This document shows, one piece after another, positions 10,326 to 21,091 of a stretch of DNA of 63,630 bases (position 1 is the first letter of the stretch; every line of letters starts with the position of its first letter). The notes beneath the pieces are model-generated. The model did not search any database, was not told where the DNA came from, and was given only the letters and a program-made list of their open reading frames with translations. Source of the DNA: an uncultured Clostridia bacterium (GTDB lineage: Bacteria; Bacillota; Clostridia; TANB77; CAG-508). The position numbers were made by a program, and so were the translations under genes. The DNA is taken from the NCBI GenBank assembly GCA_947632475.1, contig CANRPI010000003.1:1-63630 (forward strand), written 5' to 3'.

Positions 10326-11250
10326 TTAAAATGCTTCTTCGTGGCACACAGCTCCAATTATTCCTGCATCATTTCCCAATATTGCTGTTTCTATAATAAT
10401 ATTATCTCTCATGTTAAATAACATGTTTGGCTTTAATAGCTCTTGTTTTAATCTATTTAATAAGACTTCTTCAAAATAGACAAAACTTCCTCCAATACAT
10501 ATTGCTTGTGGTTCAAATATGTTTATTAGGTTACTTATTCCAATAGCTAAATTGTTTACATATTCTTGTACTATATTTTCAATTAAGTCATAATTTTTGT
10601 TTTCAGGGGTGTTTTTGTTTTTTCTAATAATATCAAATAGTTCTTGACCTCTTGTTTTTTCGTCATATCCTAGTGCTTTTCTTAAATTGTCTTTAAATGC
10701 TTTCATTGAACCATATTTCTCAAAACACCCTCTTTTTCCACAGTTACATTGTATTCCATCTTTTTGTATTACCATATGTCCAAATTCTGCACCTGGTAGT
10801 GTTCCTGTATTCATTAGTTTGTTATCTATTATAACTGCTCCTCCGTATGCCTGTTCCAAGTCCTAAGAAAATTGCTCTATCATATTTTTTTAGTGCTCCA
10901 TATTTGTTTTCAGCTATTGCTGCACATTTTGCATCATTTTTTATTTTTATTGGTATTTTTATCTTTTCTTTTAAATTTTGCACAATGTTATAGTTTTCTA
11001 AACCTAAATTGACTGATTTTAAAATTTTTTCATTGTCTACTGTACCAGGTATTGCAAGTCCAATTTCGGTTATGTTGTATTTTGACATTATTTTTTCTAC
11101 ATTTTCAAATATGTATTCTTCTATTGATTTTTTTATGTTTTTCTTTTCTTCAGATGTTAATCTTTTTTCTATTTTTTCTTCTATAATTCCTAAGTTATTT
11201 ACAACTCCTATTGCTATATGACTTCCTCCTAAGTCTATCCCAATTTTCAT
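10326..11250 (-). CDS. ROK-family sugar kinase (glucokinase-like), split by a +1 frameshift at CGG 10843-10845
   Basis: IGIDLGGS, NDAKCAAIAE and LGTGI in ORF 10822-11250; GGAVII, GAEFGH, CNCGKRGCFE and GNDAGIIGA in ORF 10326-10859. Confidence 0.88.
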
Positions 11251-11293
11251 TTTTTATTTTACCTTTCTTTGATAAAACTTATGCATTTTTTGC

Positions 11294-12646
11294 TTATACT
11301 CCATATGCTGAGAATAAGAAGTTACCCATATATACTTGTACGCAAGGTACTAATACAACTAATACGAAGAATATTAATACTGCTCCAACTATTGCATATA
11401 CAACTTCTGGTAATGCTTTCATTATTTTTGTCATAATATTATCTATGTCTATTTGCATATATTCTACTAGTTTTTCCATCATTTCTGTAAGGTCAGTCTG
11501 CATACCTATTTTTAACATTTCTGTTTCCATAGGTTTTGCTAAACCTGATTTTTCAAATGGCTCTATCCATGAAGCACCCATAAGTATATTGCTTATTGAT
11601 GTTTCTATCATTGATAACATTACATAGTTTTTTACTACGTTTTTACTAACTTCTATTGACTCTTGTATTCTCATTCCATTTTGTAGGTTTAATAACATGG
11701 CTTTTAAAAGTCTTGAAAAGTCTAATGCAAATATAAGTTCACCAAATATCGGCATTTTATATTTGAAATAATCAAAATTATATTTTCCTTTTGGAGTATT
11801 TACATAGAATGTTATTGCACCTGCTGCTATTATTAAAATTGCTGCTGGTATGTACCAATACATTATTGCTTTATCTAGGAAATCTGCAAACCATAAAGTT
11901 ATTGCAGGTAGTTTATCATCTGTTCCTAATTCATCAAAAACACCTTGAATTGCTGGTATTGCAAATAATGTTCCAACTACAAGCATTACTAATAGTAAAA
12001 CAAATTGTGCTATATTAGGTATAAGTATTGAACGTAGTTTTTTATTTAAAGCTTCTGTATCATCTAAATATTTTACAGCTTGTTCTAATGAATTTGTTAG
12101 TGAACCTGAAAGTTCTCCAACTTTTATCATGTTTATATATATGTATGGAAATATGTTAGAATAATATTCCATAGTTGTATACATGTTTTCACCAGCTTCA
12201 ACTCCTGCTAAAATGTCTTCTAGCACTCCTTTAAATGATACATTTTCCGTGCTTTGAATAATAGTGTTTAAAGCATGTATGTTGTTAAAGTTAGCCTTTT
12301 TTAATAAGTAAAAGTTTTGTGTAAATACAACTAAGTCTCTTGGAGTTATTTTTTCTGTTCTAGCAAAATATAAATTAATTTTTTCTTTAGTAGATAATGT
12401 TCTTCTTTTTTCTTTATTAATTTGAGTTGTATTAACATTTTTCATTATTTCTTGTATGTCTGTAACATTCTTCTTCTGTTTTTTAACTGCCCCATTATTA
12501 TTTCTATATGATATTTGCTCAATTGATATTGGTTGTAAATTATTATTTTTTAACATTCTTATTAATTGAATTTTGCTATTTGATTCTACTCTATTTTTAA
12601 TAATTACACCATTTTGAGTTATCGCTCTATAAATATATCTAGGCAT
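11294..12646 (-). CDS. pilC: type IV pilus platform protein (PilC/GspF family)
   Basis: MIKVGELSGSL, two T2SSF-like repeats with TM helices, next to the ATPases. Confidence 0.85.
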   Translation of the reverse strand: MPRYIYRAITQNGVIIKNRVESNSKIQLIRMLKNNNLQPISIEQISYRNNNGAVKKQKKNVTDIQEIMKNVNTTQINKEKRRTLSTKEKINLYFARTEKITPRDLVVFTQNFYLLKKANFNNIHALNTIIQSTENVSFKGVLEDILAGVEAGENMYTTMEYYSNIFPYIYINMIKVGELSGSLTNSLEQAVKYLDDTEALNKKLRSILIPNIAQFVLLLVMLVVGTLFAIPAIQGVFDELGTDDKLPAITLWFADFLDKAIMYWYIPAAILIIAAGAITFYVNTPKGKYNFDYFKYKMPIFGELIFALDFSRLLKAMLLNLQNGMRIQESIEVSKNVVKNYVMLSMIETSISNILMGASWIEPFEKSGLAKPMETEMLKIGMQTDLTEMMEKLVEYMQIDIDNIMTKIMKALPEVVYAIVGAVLIFFVLVVLVPCVQVYMGNFLFSAYGV

Positions 12647-12657
12647 TATCTTCCTCC

Positions 12658-13785
12658 TTATTTAGATTGATGTTTTATTTTTAATTGCATTATTGTTCTA
12701 TTTAATGTCTCTATGTTTTTCTCTTCTATTTGAGATTTTGCTAAATCTAATGTAATTTTATCTTCTACGAATAGTTTTGCAAGTGAATTTATTAGACCTA
12801 TACTTCCTTTTTCTAAATTACTTTGTATTGCATCTTCTATTTCAGATACACTTAATTTTTCTTTTCTAATAATACCTGCAACTATGTTGTCTACTACCAT
12901 TACTTCTGGAATTAATACTAGTTTTCCATCTCTTCCTTTTAATAATCTTTGTGATACAACTAATTTTAATAATGCTGATAATAGGTATTTTATTGAAGCT
13001 TGGTCTCTTACTTCATAGAAGTTTATCATTCTGTCTATTGTTTCTGCACATGATTTAGTATGAAGTGTTCCAATTACTAAGTGTCCAGATTCTGCCATTT
13101 CTATTGCTGCTTCCATTGTTTCTTTATCTCTAATCTCTCCTATTACTAATATATCACAGTCTTCTCTAAGAGAGTTTTTAACACCATCACTAAATGTTAA
13201 ACTATCTTTTCCATAACCTACTTCTTTTTGTACTATTAATGATTTTTTAGAATGATGCTTATATTCTACTGGGCTTTCTAATGTTAGTATTTTTTTATTT
13301 TGATTTTCATTTATATAGTTTATTAAGGCATTTAAGGTTGTACTTTTTCCAGAGTTTGTTTTTCCTGTAACAAGAATTAGTCCTTGAGGTTGATATGTCA
13401 TTCTCCTTACTATATCTGGAACTCCTAAAGATTCGTAAGGTGGAAGTTCGTTTTTTATTAATCTTAGTGTGCATAATGGTATATCATCTGATAATGAAAT
13501 GTTTACTCTTAAACGAATATCTTTGTATACATATGACATATCTAATTTTCTTGATTCGCTAAACACTCTGTCTTTGTCTACATTTCCTTCTACTAAATAA
13601 TCATATATTTCACTCATATCTTCTGGAGTTAAAATTTTACTACCTTCAACTGGTATTAAATCTCTTGCTATTCTTAGCATTGGTTTATTATCACATATTA
13701 AGTGAACATCTGAAGCATCTAATCTCATTGCCTCATCTAACACTTTATCTAAATTCATTTTTTCACATTCCTTTCGTATTCTCAA
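12658..13785 (-). CDS. pilT: PilT-like retraction ATPase
   Basis: ASDVHL, GLILVTGKTNSGKSTT, LREDCDILVIGEIRD, GHLVIGTLHT. Confidence 0.85.
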   Translation of the reverse strand: MRIRKECEKMNLDKVLDEAMRLDASDVHLICDNKPMLRIARDLIPVEGSKILTPEDMSEIYDYLVEGNVDKDRVFSESRKLDMSYVYKDIRLRVNISLSDDIPLCTLRLIKNELPPYESLGVPDIVRRMTYQPQGLILVTGKTNSGKSTTLNALINYINENQNKKILTLESPVEYKHHSKKSLIVQKEVGYGKDSLTFSDGVKNSLREDCDILVIGEIRDKETMEAAIEMAESGHLVIGTLHTKSCAETIDRMINFYEVRDQASIKYLLSALLKLVVSQRLLKGRDGKLVLIPEVMVVDNIVAGIIRKEKLSVSEIEDAIQSNLEKGSIGLINSLAKLFVEDKITLDLAKSQIEEKNIETLNRTIMQLKIKHQSK

Positions 13786-13809
13786 TTTATATATTTCTTT
13801 TGTTAAATA

Positions 13810-15453
13810 TTAAAATATTAATAATTTTTTATTTAGTTCTTCTAAAGTTGTATGCCCTTGTATAACTTTATTTATTCCATCTACTACAAGTGGTTTGTAT
13901 GATTCTTGTAATGCTTGTTTTCTTATTTCCAAACTTGATTTTCCACTAATTATTAGTTCTTTTATTTCGTCTGTTATTTCTAATACTTCAAAAACTCCTA
14001 TTCTTTCATAATATCCTGTATTATTGCAATGTTTACATCCTACTGCATCATATGTTGTACCATTTAAATCATATTTTACACCATATTTTTCACCTATTGC
14101 TGTAATTATTTTCTTTTCTGCTTCTGTATATGGTCTTTCTTTTCTACACTCTGTGCATAATCTTCTAACAAGTCTTTGTGATATAGCAGTTGATAGTGTA
14201 CTTGAAATATCGTAGTCTGATAATCCCATTTTTCTTAATCTAGTTATTACTTCTATACTGTCTATTGTATGTATTGTAGATAGAACATAATGTCCTGTTT
14301 GACCTGCTTGTATTGCTATTTCTCCTGTTTCTTTGTCTCTTATTTCTCCTACTAAAATTATGTCTGGGTCTTGTCTTAATACTGTTCTTAAAGAATTTGA
14401 AAATGAATTTTTTGCTTCATCTATTTCTATTTGGTTTAAACCTTCTATTCTTATTTCTACTGGGTCTTCAATTGTTGTTATATTTATTTCTGGTCTATTT
14501 AAGTAGTCCATTATACTATAAAGAGTTGTGGTTTTTCCTTCTCCAGTTGGAGCAGCAATAATTGTTATGCTGTTTCTTTTATTTATGCTTCTTTTAAATT
14601 CTTCTTCTGTTCCTGGAAATCCTAATTCAAATATGGCTCTTATATCCTCATTTTTCTTTAGTAATCTTAAAACAAATTTTTCTCCATAAATATTTGGTTG
14701 TGAAGATACACGTATGTTATAATCATCATACATTAATATTCTTCCATCTTGTGCTTCTTGCTTTTCTTGATGCATATTTGAAATTGCTTTTAATCTTCCT
14801 ATTATTTGTTGTTGCTTATCTTTATCTATTTTGGCTGCTGTAAATAGTTCTCCATCTATTCTATATCTTATTCTTACATCATTTTGCATTGGCTCTATAT
14901 GTATATCACTTGCTCTTCTGTTTATACCTGTTTTTATTATACTATCTACTAAACCTGTAACAGTATCATTGCTTCCAGAAGATTCTAAGTTTGTAGTTAC
15001 AGTTCCTTCTAATGATTTTAAATATTTGTCAATGTCTGTTTCAAAAGTTATATAACTTTCCATAACTAGACCTTTATTTAAAAGTAATAGCCTTATTGTT
15101 TCTATATTCCTACTTGCAGTAGTGTTTGCAAAACATACTTTTATTCTTCCGGAATTAACTTCAAAAGGTATAGCTTTGTTTCTTTTGGCTATATCTAAAG
15201 AAAAATAATCTGCTAATCTAACTTTAATTTTGTTTCCAGTTAATAGAATTCCTTTTGTTCCTAATATTTCACCTATTGCAGTTATTAATTTTTCTGGGTC
15301 ACATAAATTTAATATATATAATATATCTCCTAATTTTCTAGATGGATGCTGTTTTTGATATGCTAGTGCATTTTCTATATCTCCTTGTTGCACAATTCCT
15401 CTTTTTACTAATTCAACTCCTATTGGTTGTCTTTTTCTTGTTTCAATAGCCAT
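13810..15453 (-). CDS. pilB: PilB/GspE assembly ATPase
   Basis: RASDIHIEP, APTGEGKTTT, LRQDPDIILVGEIRD, CTEC...CKHC zinc motif. Confidence 0.9.
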   Translation of the reverse strand: MAIETRKRQPIGVELVKRGIVQQGDIENALAYQKQHPSRKLGDILYILNLCDPEKLITAIGEILGTKGILLTGNKIKVRLADYFSLDIAKRNKAIPFEVNSGRIKVCFANTTASRNIETIRLLLLNKGLVMESYITFETDIDKYLKSLEGTVTTNLESSGSNDTVTGLVDSIIKTGINRRASDIHIEPMQNDVRIRYRIDGELFTAAKIDKDKQQQIIGRLKAISNMHQEKQEAQDGRILMYDDYNIRVSSQPNIYGEKFVLRLLKKNEDIRAIFELGFPGTEEEFKRSINKRNSITIIAAPTGEGKTTTLYSIMDYLNRPEINITTIEDPVEIRIEGLNQIEIDEAKNSFSNSLRTVLRQDPDIILVGEIRDKETGEIAIQAGQTGHYVLSTIHTIDSIEVITRLRKMGLSDYDISSTLSTAISQRLVRRLCTECRKERPYTEAEKKIITAIGEKYGVKYDLNGTTYDAVGCKHCNNTGYYERIGVFEVLEITDEIKELIISGKSSLEIRKQALQESYKPLVVDGINKVIQGHTTLEELNKKLLIF

Positions 15454-15603
15454 ATATTTTATACTTCCTTTCTTTAGTATTTTACATTTTTATATATTTT
15501 CTATTTTATTATACTACAATTTTTTACGTTTTTGTGTATTTTTCTGAAATTACATAAATTTGCCATTATTCTAATTTATTTGTATAAAACATAGTTTAAA
15601 AAT

Positions 15604-16047
15604 TTAATCTATAGTATAGCTAATTGTTTTTACTCCTTTTCCAAAATCTGCTTCTACTGTTACTATATTTTTTCCATTTGGTATTGTATTTGTAAACGTA
15701 CAAGATTTTACACCCCTACATATTTTTACATTGTTTCTATATATTCCCTTATTTTCTCCTACAAAAGTATATTGTACTCCATTACTAAATACTATATAAT
15801 TTGTAGTACATTCTGATACTTTTATGGAATTATGATTTATTTCATCTGAAAAATAGGTATTGAAAGTCATTTCTTCAGTAAGTGGTTCTATTGTTTTATT
15901 TATGTCTGTCAAATTTGTATAAAAATAGGTTGTTATTACTGATATTATTGCTATCATTATTAACATAGTTATTATATATACAATTAATGACGCTAAAGTT
16001 ATTCCTTTTTGTGATTTTTTTACCTTTTGTATACACAATTTTTCCAC
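15604..16047 (-). CDS. minor pilin-like protein
   Basis: basic leader plus KG|ITLASLIVYII hydrophobic helix. Confidence 0.7.
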   Translation of the reverse strand: MEKLCIQKVKKSQKGITLASLIVYIITMLIMIAIISVITTYFYTNLTDINKTIEPLTEEMTFNTYFSDEINHNSIKVSECTTNYIVFSNGVQYTFVGENKGIYRNNVKICRGVKSCTFTNTIPNGKNIVTVEADFGKGVKTISYTID

Positions 16048-16070
16048 TTTTCCTTCTTCCTTTCTTGTGT

Positions 16071-16526
16071 TTATTTTGAAACTGGAGTAGATAGCTCTAC
16101 TGTTTGTGTTTGTCCTCTATATTGATATGTTATTTTTACAGTTACTATTTTTAATATATTTCTAACTAATGTAGTTCCTGGGTTTGTTGCTACATCTACA
16201 TAGTCTTCAACTGTAATTGTTTTGTAAAATCCTGTGTCTTTATTTTTTTCTTTTATTGGAAGGTTTTCTGTTGTTACAACTCCTCCTGTTTCATCATTAA
16301 TTAAAAATTTTTCTTGTTGTACTGTTAATTTTTGAAAATCTAATGATTTTACATTTTCTATTATACTTACAGCATAATTTGTTGCCATAGACTTATATTC
16401 TATTTCTTTTGCTTTACTTGTTAGCCTGTTCATTATCATTACAAGTACACTTATTAATGTAAAAAGTACTACTATTGCTAATGCTAAGTCTACTCCTGTA
16501 AAACCTTTTTCACTTTTTATTTTCAT
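16071..16526 (-). CDS. minor pilin-like protein
   Basis: SEKG|FTGVDLALAIVVLF class III signal peptide. Confidence 0.75.
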   Translation of the reverse strand: MKIKSEKGFTGVDLALAIVVLFTLISVLVMIMNRLTSKAKEIEYKSMATNYAVSIIENVKSLDFQKLTVQQEKFLINDETGGVVTTENLPIKEKNKDTGFYKTITVEDYVDVATNPGTTLVRNILKIVTVKITYQYRGQTQTVELSTPVSK

Positions 16527-16610
16527 TCTTAAGTAATTCCTTTCTATAAAGTAAAATGTTTTTTGAATTTTTTATTTCAAATTATGTATGAAAATATCTT
16601 TAGTTTTACA

Positions 16611-17441
16611 TTAATATAACATTTTTGTCATAAAATATATGGCAAAGATAAAAATTAATACATTACTAACGCCTAAACAAAAGCCTATTTGTATTTCATC
16701 TGATATTTGTTTATCTGTTTTTTTGTGCCTATTTTTTAAGTTTGCTATTTTGTATATTAATAGGTATATTGCTATTGATAATATTGTTACTATTAATGTA
16801 TTTGCTGTTATATATTCTTGTGTAAATATTACCATTGTTATTATTGTTAATAGTATTCCATTTATATATGTATTTTTTGCAAATTTTTTTAGTGTTATTG
16901 TATCTAATATTAATATTACTATGTATAAACATAGGTATATAGATAATATAACATATCTATATATACTAGATTGCTTTTCTACTATGCATAGATATATCAT
17001 ATACATTATTGATATTACTATACCATAGATTGAAACTGCTTTGTCTATTTTTCTGTTTTCTTTGTCTATTCCTGCCATTAATATTATGAATGTTAAGTAT
17101 AATACTACAAAACAATAGTCAAGTACTTTTATTAAAGTTAGATTTTCTATGTTTAATCCCATTACTAATGCCATTATAAGAAATAATGCTCCTGATAGTA
17201 TTTCTAATACTATATATCTTGGTCTTATTTTTTGTTTGCAATATCTACATCTTCCTCTTAAGAATATGTAGCTTAATATTGGTATTAAGTCAAATAGACC
17301 TAATTTATGACTGCAATTAGGACAATATGAGTGTGTATGAGTAATATCTTCTCTTTTGGGTATTCTATATACAGCTAATGTATAAAAACTTCCAAATAAT
17401 GTTCCTATTATGAATATTACTAAATAAAATATTATGTTCAT
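16611..17441 (-). CDS. pilD: prepilin peptidase (A24 N-terminal domain)
   Basis: GSFYTLAVYRIP, SYCPNC, LIPILSYIFLRGRCRYC. Confidence 0.85.
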   Translation of the reverse strand: MNIIFYLVIFIIGTLFGSFYTLAVYRIPKREDITHTHSYCPNCSHKLGLFDLIPILSYIFLRGRCRYCKQKIRPRYIVLEILSGALFLIMALVMGLNIENLTLIKVLDYCFVVLYLTFIILMAGIDKENRKIDKAVSIYGIVISIMYMIYLCIVEKQSSIYRYVILSIYLCLYIVILILDTITLKKFAKNTYINGILLTIITMVIFTQEYITANTLIVTILSIAIYLLIYKIANLKNRHKKTDKQISDEIQIGFCLGVSNVLIFIFAIYFMTKMLY

Positions 17442-17466
17442 CTTCTTCCCCCCTTTTTATAAAATT

Positions 17467-17493
17467 AGGCATATACATACAATGCATATGCCT
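17467..17493 (-). terminator. hairpin after the major pilin gene
   Basis: TAGGCATAT...ATATGCCTA. Confidence 0.5.
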
Positions 17494-17516
17494 ATACTAA
17501 GTTATATATTAAATTA

Positions 17517-17945
17517 TTAGTCAGTCCAAGTAAGTCCGCCTGATTCTCCTACTGTACCAACTTTGTTACCATGTTTTGTAGTTATAGTTACTGAAGATTT
17601 TGCTACAGATGGATCCTCTTTATGTTTAGCGTCAACTTGATAATTGGTTGAAGATGTTAAATGAGCTGCATAATGTGTAGCTAGCCAATCTATAAAAGTA
17701 TCATCTTCTCCATTATCTTTTTTTACATATTTTGAATCATAAAATGCTTCCATTGCAGCATCAAGGTCTAAATTTGCAACTTCTTTATCTTCTGCAATTT
17801 CATTTTCACTTACAGACTCTCTTGCTCTAGATAAGATACCATTTTCTCCTGTTAACATTGCAATTGATACACCTGCTAATATTAAAAGAACGATGATAGT
17901 AATTACTAATGCAATTAATGTAATACCTTTTTGATTATTTCTCAT
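17517..17945 (-). CDS. probable major type IV pilin
   Basis: MRNNQKG|ITLIALVITIIVLLILAGVSIAMLTGENGIL; 142 aa; followed by a hairpin. Confidence 0.8.
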   Translation of the reverse strand: MRNNQKGITLIALVITIIVLLILAGVSIAMLTGENGILSRARESVSENEIAEDKEVANLDLDAAMEAFYDSKYVKKDNGEDDTFIDWLATHYAAHLTSSTNYQVDAKHKEDPSVAKSSVTITTKHGNKVGTVGESGGLTWTD

Positions 17946-18020
17946 AGTTCTTCACCTCTTTTCTTTTGAATCTTTTATATTACCCTATATATTTTTCAAT
18001 ATATAACGCTAATAACTTAA

Positions 18021-18470
18021 TTATTTTGTACCCTTATTTTGGAAGAATGTTCCTCCAGAAGAGCTTTCTTGTGATGAACCTGAACTTGAACTTCCACTTG
18101 AACTTGAGCCTGTTGAACTGCTAGAACTTCCACCTGTGCTAGGTGCCTGTCCTTGTGTTGAAGCAGGTGTATCATAAGATGAAAATGGATTTGCCTTTCC
18201 AGGTACATAATCTTTTGTTCTTTGGTAATTATATAATTCACTTGAATTAACTCCAATAGAATTATTGTCTGCATTTGTTTGATATGTGCTAATTATTTCT
18301 TCTGTTTCTTGAAGTTCTTGGCTTATTTCCACTGGTGTAGTATAAGAAACAGGATTTGGTATTGTTCTAGACATTGGCACATAATCATATAAAAGTATTC
18401 CTAATACAAGTATTATAGCCAAACACAGTAATAAAACTATAATTAATTCTTTTATTATTGTTTTAAACAT
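18021..18470 (-). CDS. pilus-associated membrane-anchored protein with Ser/Gly-rich tail
   Basis: N-terminal TM, GKANPF motif, position after PilM/N/O-like genes. Confidence 0.6.
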   Translation of the reverse strand: MFKTIIKELIIVLLLCLAIILVLGILLYDYVPMSRTIPNPVSYTTPVEISQELQETEEIISTYQTNADNNSIGVNSSELYNYQRTKDYVPGKANPFSSYDTPASTQGQAPSTGGSSSSSTGSSSSGSSSSGSSQESSSGGTFFQNKGTK

Positions 18471-18513
18471 TTTTCTATCCCATTCCTTTCTGTACTTTTA
18501 TTTAATATAATCA

Positions 18514-19272
18514 TTAACTTGCAGTGTTAGATGTGTTGGTTGAATTATTTGTATTAGTACTATTTTCATTTGTACTGTTTTCATTTGTATTGTTTGTGCT
18601 TGTACTATTTGTTGTATTAGTATTTGTGTTTTTATTATCTGTAGAAGAATCTGTTTGTCCTTCCATTTCATTTTCTGAGCTACTTGTTTCTGTTATATCT
18701 TTTATATAAATTGCTTTACATGTAAAGGTTGCTTGTAAAGTTTCAGTTGATCCTGATGGTTGAAGTTTAAATTCTTCAATTTTAAATCCTAGTTCACTGT
18801 CATTTTCTATATCTGATATAAAATCTTCAATTGATATATAGCTACCTGTAGCTGTAAATTTCAAGTTATAAGTTCCTTCCACTCCTGTCGAAACTGTTTG
18901 CATTGTCATGTCAGTTCCTTCACTTTCAGCATAATTTCCTAATTTAATCCATAATTTTCCCATTTCATATGGTGCTAAATTTTTAGATGCTTCTACATCT
19001 TCAGAATCACTTACTTGAACATATTCTTCATATTCTTGTTTTTTGTTTTGCATAGTTTTACTATCTGTTTTTACTTTATTTACTGCTTGTGCATAATCTT
19101 TGCTTGCCAATTTTGCAGCTTTTTGTATTTCATTATCTAATTCTAAACTTCTATCTTGAATTTGCTGTATTCCTAATATTTCTATATTTCCAATTTGAAG
19201 TCCTTTTACTGCAAAATAGCCTCCAAGTGTTAATAATAAAATTATAAGAATTATTAGTAATAACTTTTTCAT
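18514..19272 (-). CDS. PilO-like alignment protein with Asn/Thr-rich tail
   Basis: N-terminal TM, coiled coil, TGSYISIEDFISDIEN segment typical of PilO/GspM folds. Confidence 0.6.
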   Translation of the reverse strand: MKKLLLIILIILLLTLGGYFAVKGLQIGNIEILGIQQIQDRSLELDNEIQKAAKLASKDYAQAVNKVKTDSKTMQNKKQEYEEYVQVSDSEDVEASKNLAPYEMGKLWIKLGNYAESEGTDMTMQTVSTGVEGTYNLKFTATGSYISIEDFISDIENDSELGFKIEEFKLQPSGSTETLQATFTCKAIYIKDITETSSSENEMEGQTDSSTDNKNTNTNTTNSTSTNNTNENSTNENSTNTNNSTNTSNTAS

Positions 19273-20888
19273 GGCAATTCTCCTTCTATTCTAACGCTAA
19301 TTACACTACTGTCTTTTTGTCCTGCAGTAGAAATAACATTTGTTAAAATCACATCATTTCTTATTCTTGAAACAAAATATCCTAATTGGTCATACAATTT
19401 TGAACGTGCATTTATAACAATATGTGTGCTAGATGTGTTTTCTATTGATGTTAATTGAACACCTTGTGGTATAACTGACATTACTTGATTTAACAAATTT
19501 GGAATTGCATTTCTTGTTCTTGCTCTTTCTGCTAATTGTTCATTTGCATCTTGTAATTTTGTTATCATATTTGTATAGTCATTTATTTTTGAGTTTATTT
19601 TTTCATCATCTGCTTTTGCAAGTGCTATTTGTTTATTTGTATTACTTATTGATTCTTGAGTTTCTTCTAACTTATCTTTTATTTGTTTTGCTAAAGCTCC
19701 TGAAAAACCACAATAAATAATTACTAATAATAAAACTCCAACTGCTGTTCTAATTAAGTTTGTTTCTACTTTATCTAACTTTTGACCTAAATCCCAAGTT
19801 ATAAAACCACTTTTAGCTTTCTTGTTTGGATTTGTTTTTCCAGATTTAACTTCTATTCTTAACCAATCTGGCACTTTATCTGATAATGTTTGTTTTTTGA
19901 AGTTCATTCCTTCAATTCCTTCACCTAGTCCCATTAATGCTAAAGAAATTGCTGAGTTTACTTCAATATAATCTTTTATGCTAATTTCTCCTGTTGATTG
20001 TAAAAAATATGGTTTTAAGATTTCACATTGCACATCTGAAAAATATTCTTGAAAATATAAATCTACATTATTTATTAATGAACCCGTTCCTGTTATATAA
20101 ACTTTATCTATTTTTTCTGGTGTTTGATTTAGAATATTCCTAATTTCTCCTACTATACTAAATAGAGTAGGCATTACATCATCTAAATATCCTACATCTT
20201 CAGTTTGTAATTCCCTTCCTTCTGATGTGTATATAGTTGTATTTTTACAAATTTCATATGCTTTTGAATAAGAATTTTCTTTTATATTAATTCTTGATAA
20301 TATATCTTTACTTCCTTCTTCTATTATTTTTATATCATTTATTTTACTATTTATTATAGTAGTAATTGTTGTATTGTCTTCTATATTTACTATTAATGAA
20401 TTTGTAATTTTATCTGTACTTAATAGGTTTGTAATTGACATAGAAATTGGTGATATATTTGTTAATCTATATCCTTCAACTTGTTGTATTCTTTTATTTA
20501 ATTCAATTTTATTTTCAGCTACGTGTATTACTTTTATTTTTTCTTTTTCTAATTGACTTTCAGTAACTGCATATCTTGTTTCAAATACATTTGGATTGTA
20601 ATCCTTTTCTACACACAAAGCTTCAAATTCTGTTTTTATAACCTTTTGTAAATCTTTTTTTGTAAGCAAAGCAAATAAATCAAAATAGTTATACATTTCT
20701 TCAGATAGATTCACACTTATAGGTAACCTTTGACTATATGTTTCTTGTATAATTTGTTGTATTTCTTGTTCTAATTTATCATAAAATCTTACCCCAAATG
20801 ATTCTACCTTGACTATGTCATGATCTTTTGATACTTTTGCATATTTTATTAAATTATCTTGTATAAATAGACCTAAGCAACTTGACAT
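19269..20888 (-). CDS. PilM-PilN-like fusion protein
   Basis: actin-like N-terminal region (KVYITGTGS), then TM, coiled coil and IPQGVQLTSIE PilN-like domain. Confidence 0.65.
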   Translation of the reverse strand: MSSCLGLFIQDNLIKYAKVSKDHDIVKVESFGVRFYDKLEQEIQQIIQETYSQRLPISVNLSEEMYNYFDLFALLTKKDLQKVIKTEFEALCVEKDYNPNVFETRYAVTESQLEKEKIKVIHVAENKIELNKRIQQVEGYRLTNISPISMSITNLLSTDKITNSLIVNIEDNTTITTIINSKINDIKIIEEGSKDILSRINIKENSYSKAYEICKNTTIYTSEGRELQTEDVGYLDDVMPTLFSIVGEIRNILNQTPEKIDKVYITGTGSLINNVDLYFQEYFSDVQCEILKPYFLQSTGEISIKDYIEVNSAISLALMGLGEGIEGMNFKKQTLSDKVPDWLRIEVKSGKTNPNKKAKSGFITWDLGQKLDKVETNLIRTAVGVLLLVIIYCGFSGALAKQIKDKLEETQESISNTNKQIALAKADDEKINSKINDYTNMITKLQDANEQLAERARTRNAIPNLLNQVMSVIPQGVQLTSIENTSSTHIVINARSKLYDQLGYFVSRIRNDVILTNVISTAGQKDSSVISVRIEGELP

Positions 20889-21091
20889 TTTTTTCTCCTT
20901 TGCTTTTGTTTTATTTTATATTTTTATTTTGGTTTTTTTGTAAAAAACAATACTTGAATTAATTTTATTTTTTCCTATTTTTTTACATTTTTCTTTGCAT
21001 TTTGATATATTTATATTTTATCTTTTTTCTTTAATTTGTCAATAGCTTTAATATAACCGTAATAAAAATGTAATATAATTGTAATATTATT

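Noticed and set aside
18021-18660. Tandem DNA repeats in pilus accessory genes
   Set aside because: Low-complexity Ser/Gly and Asn/Thr protein tails, not discrete repeat elements.
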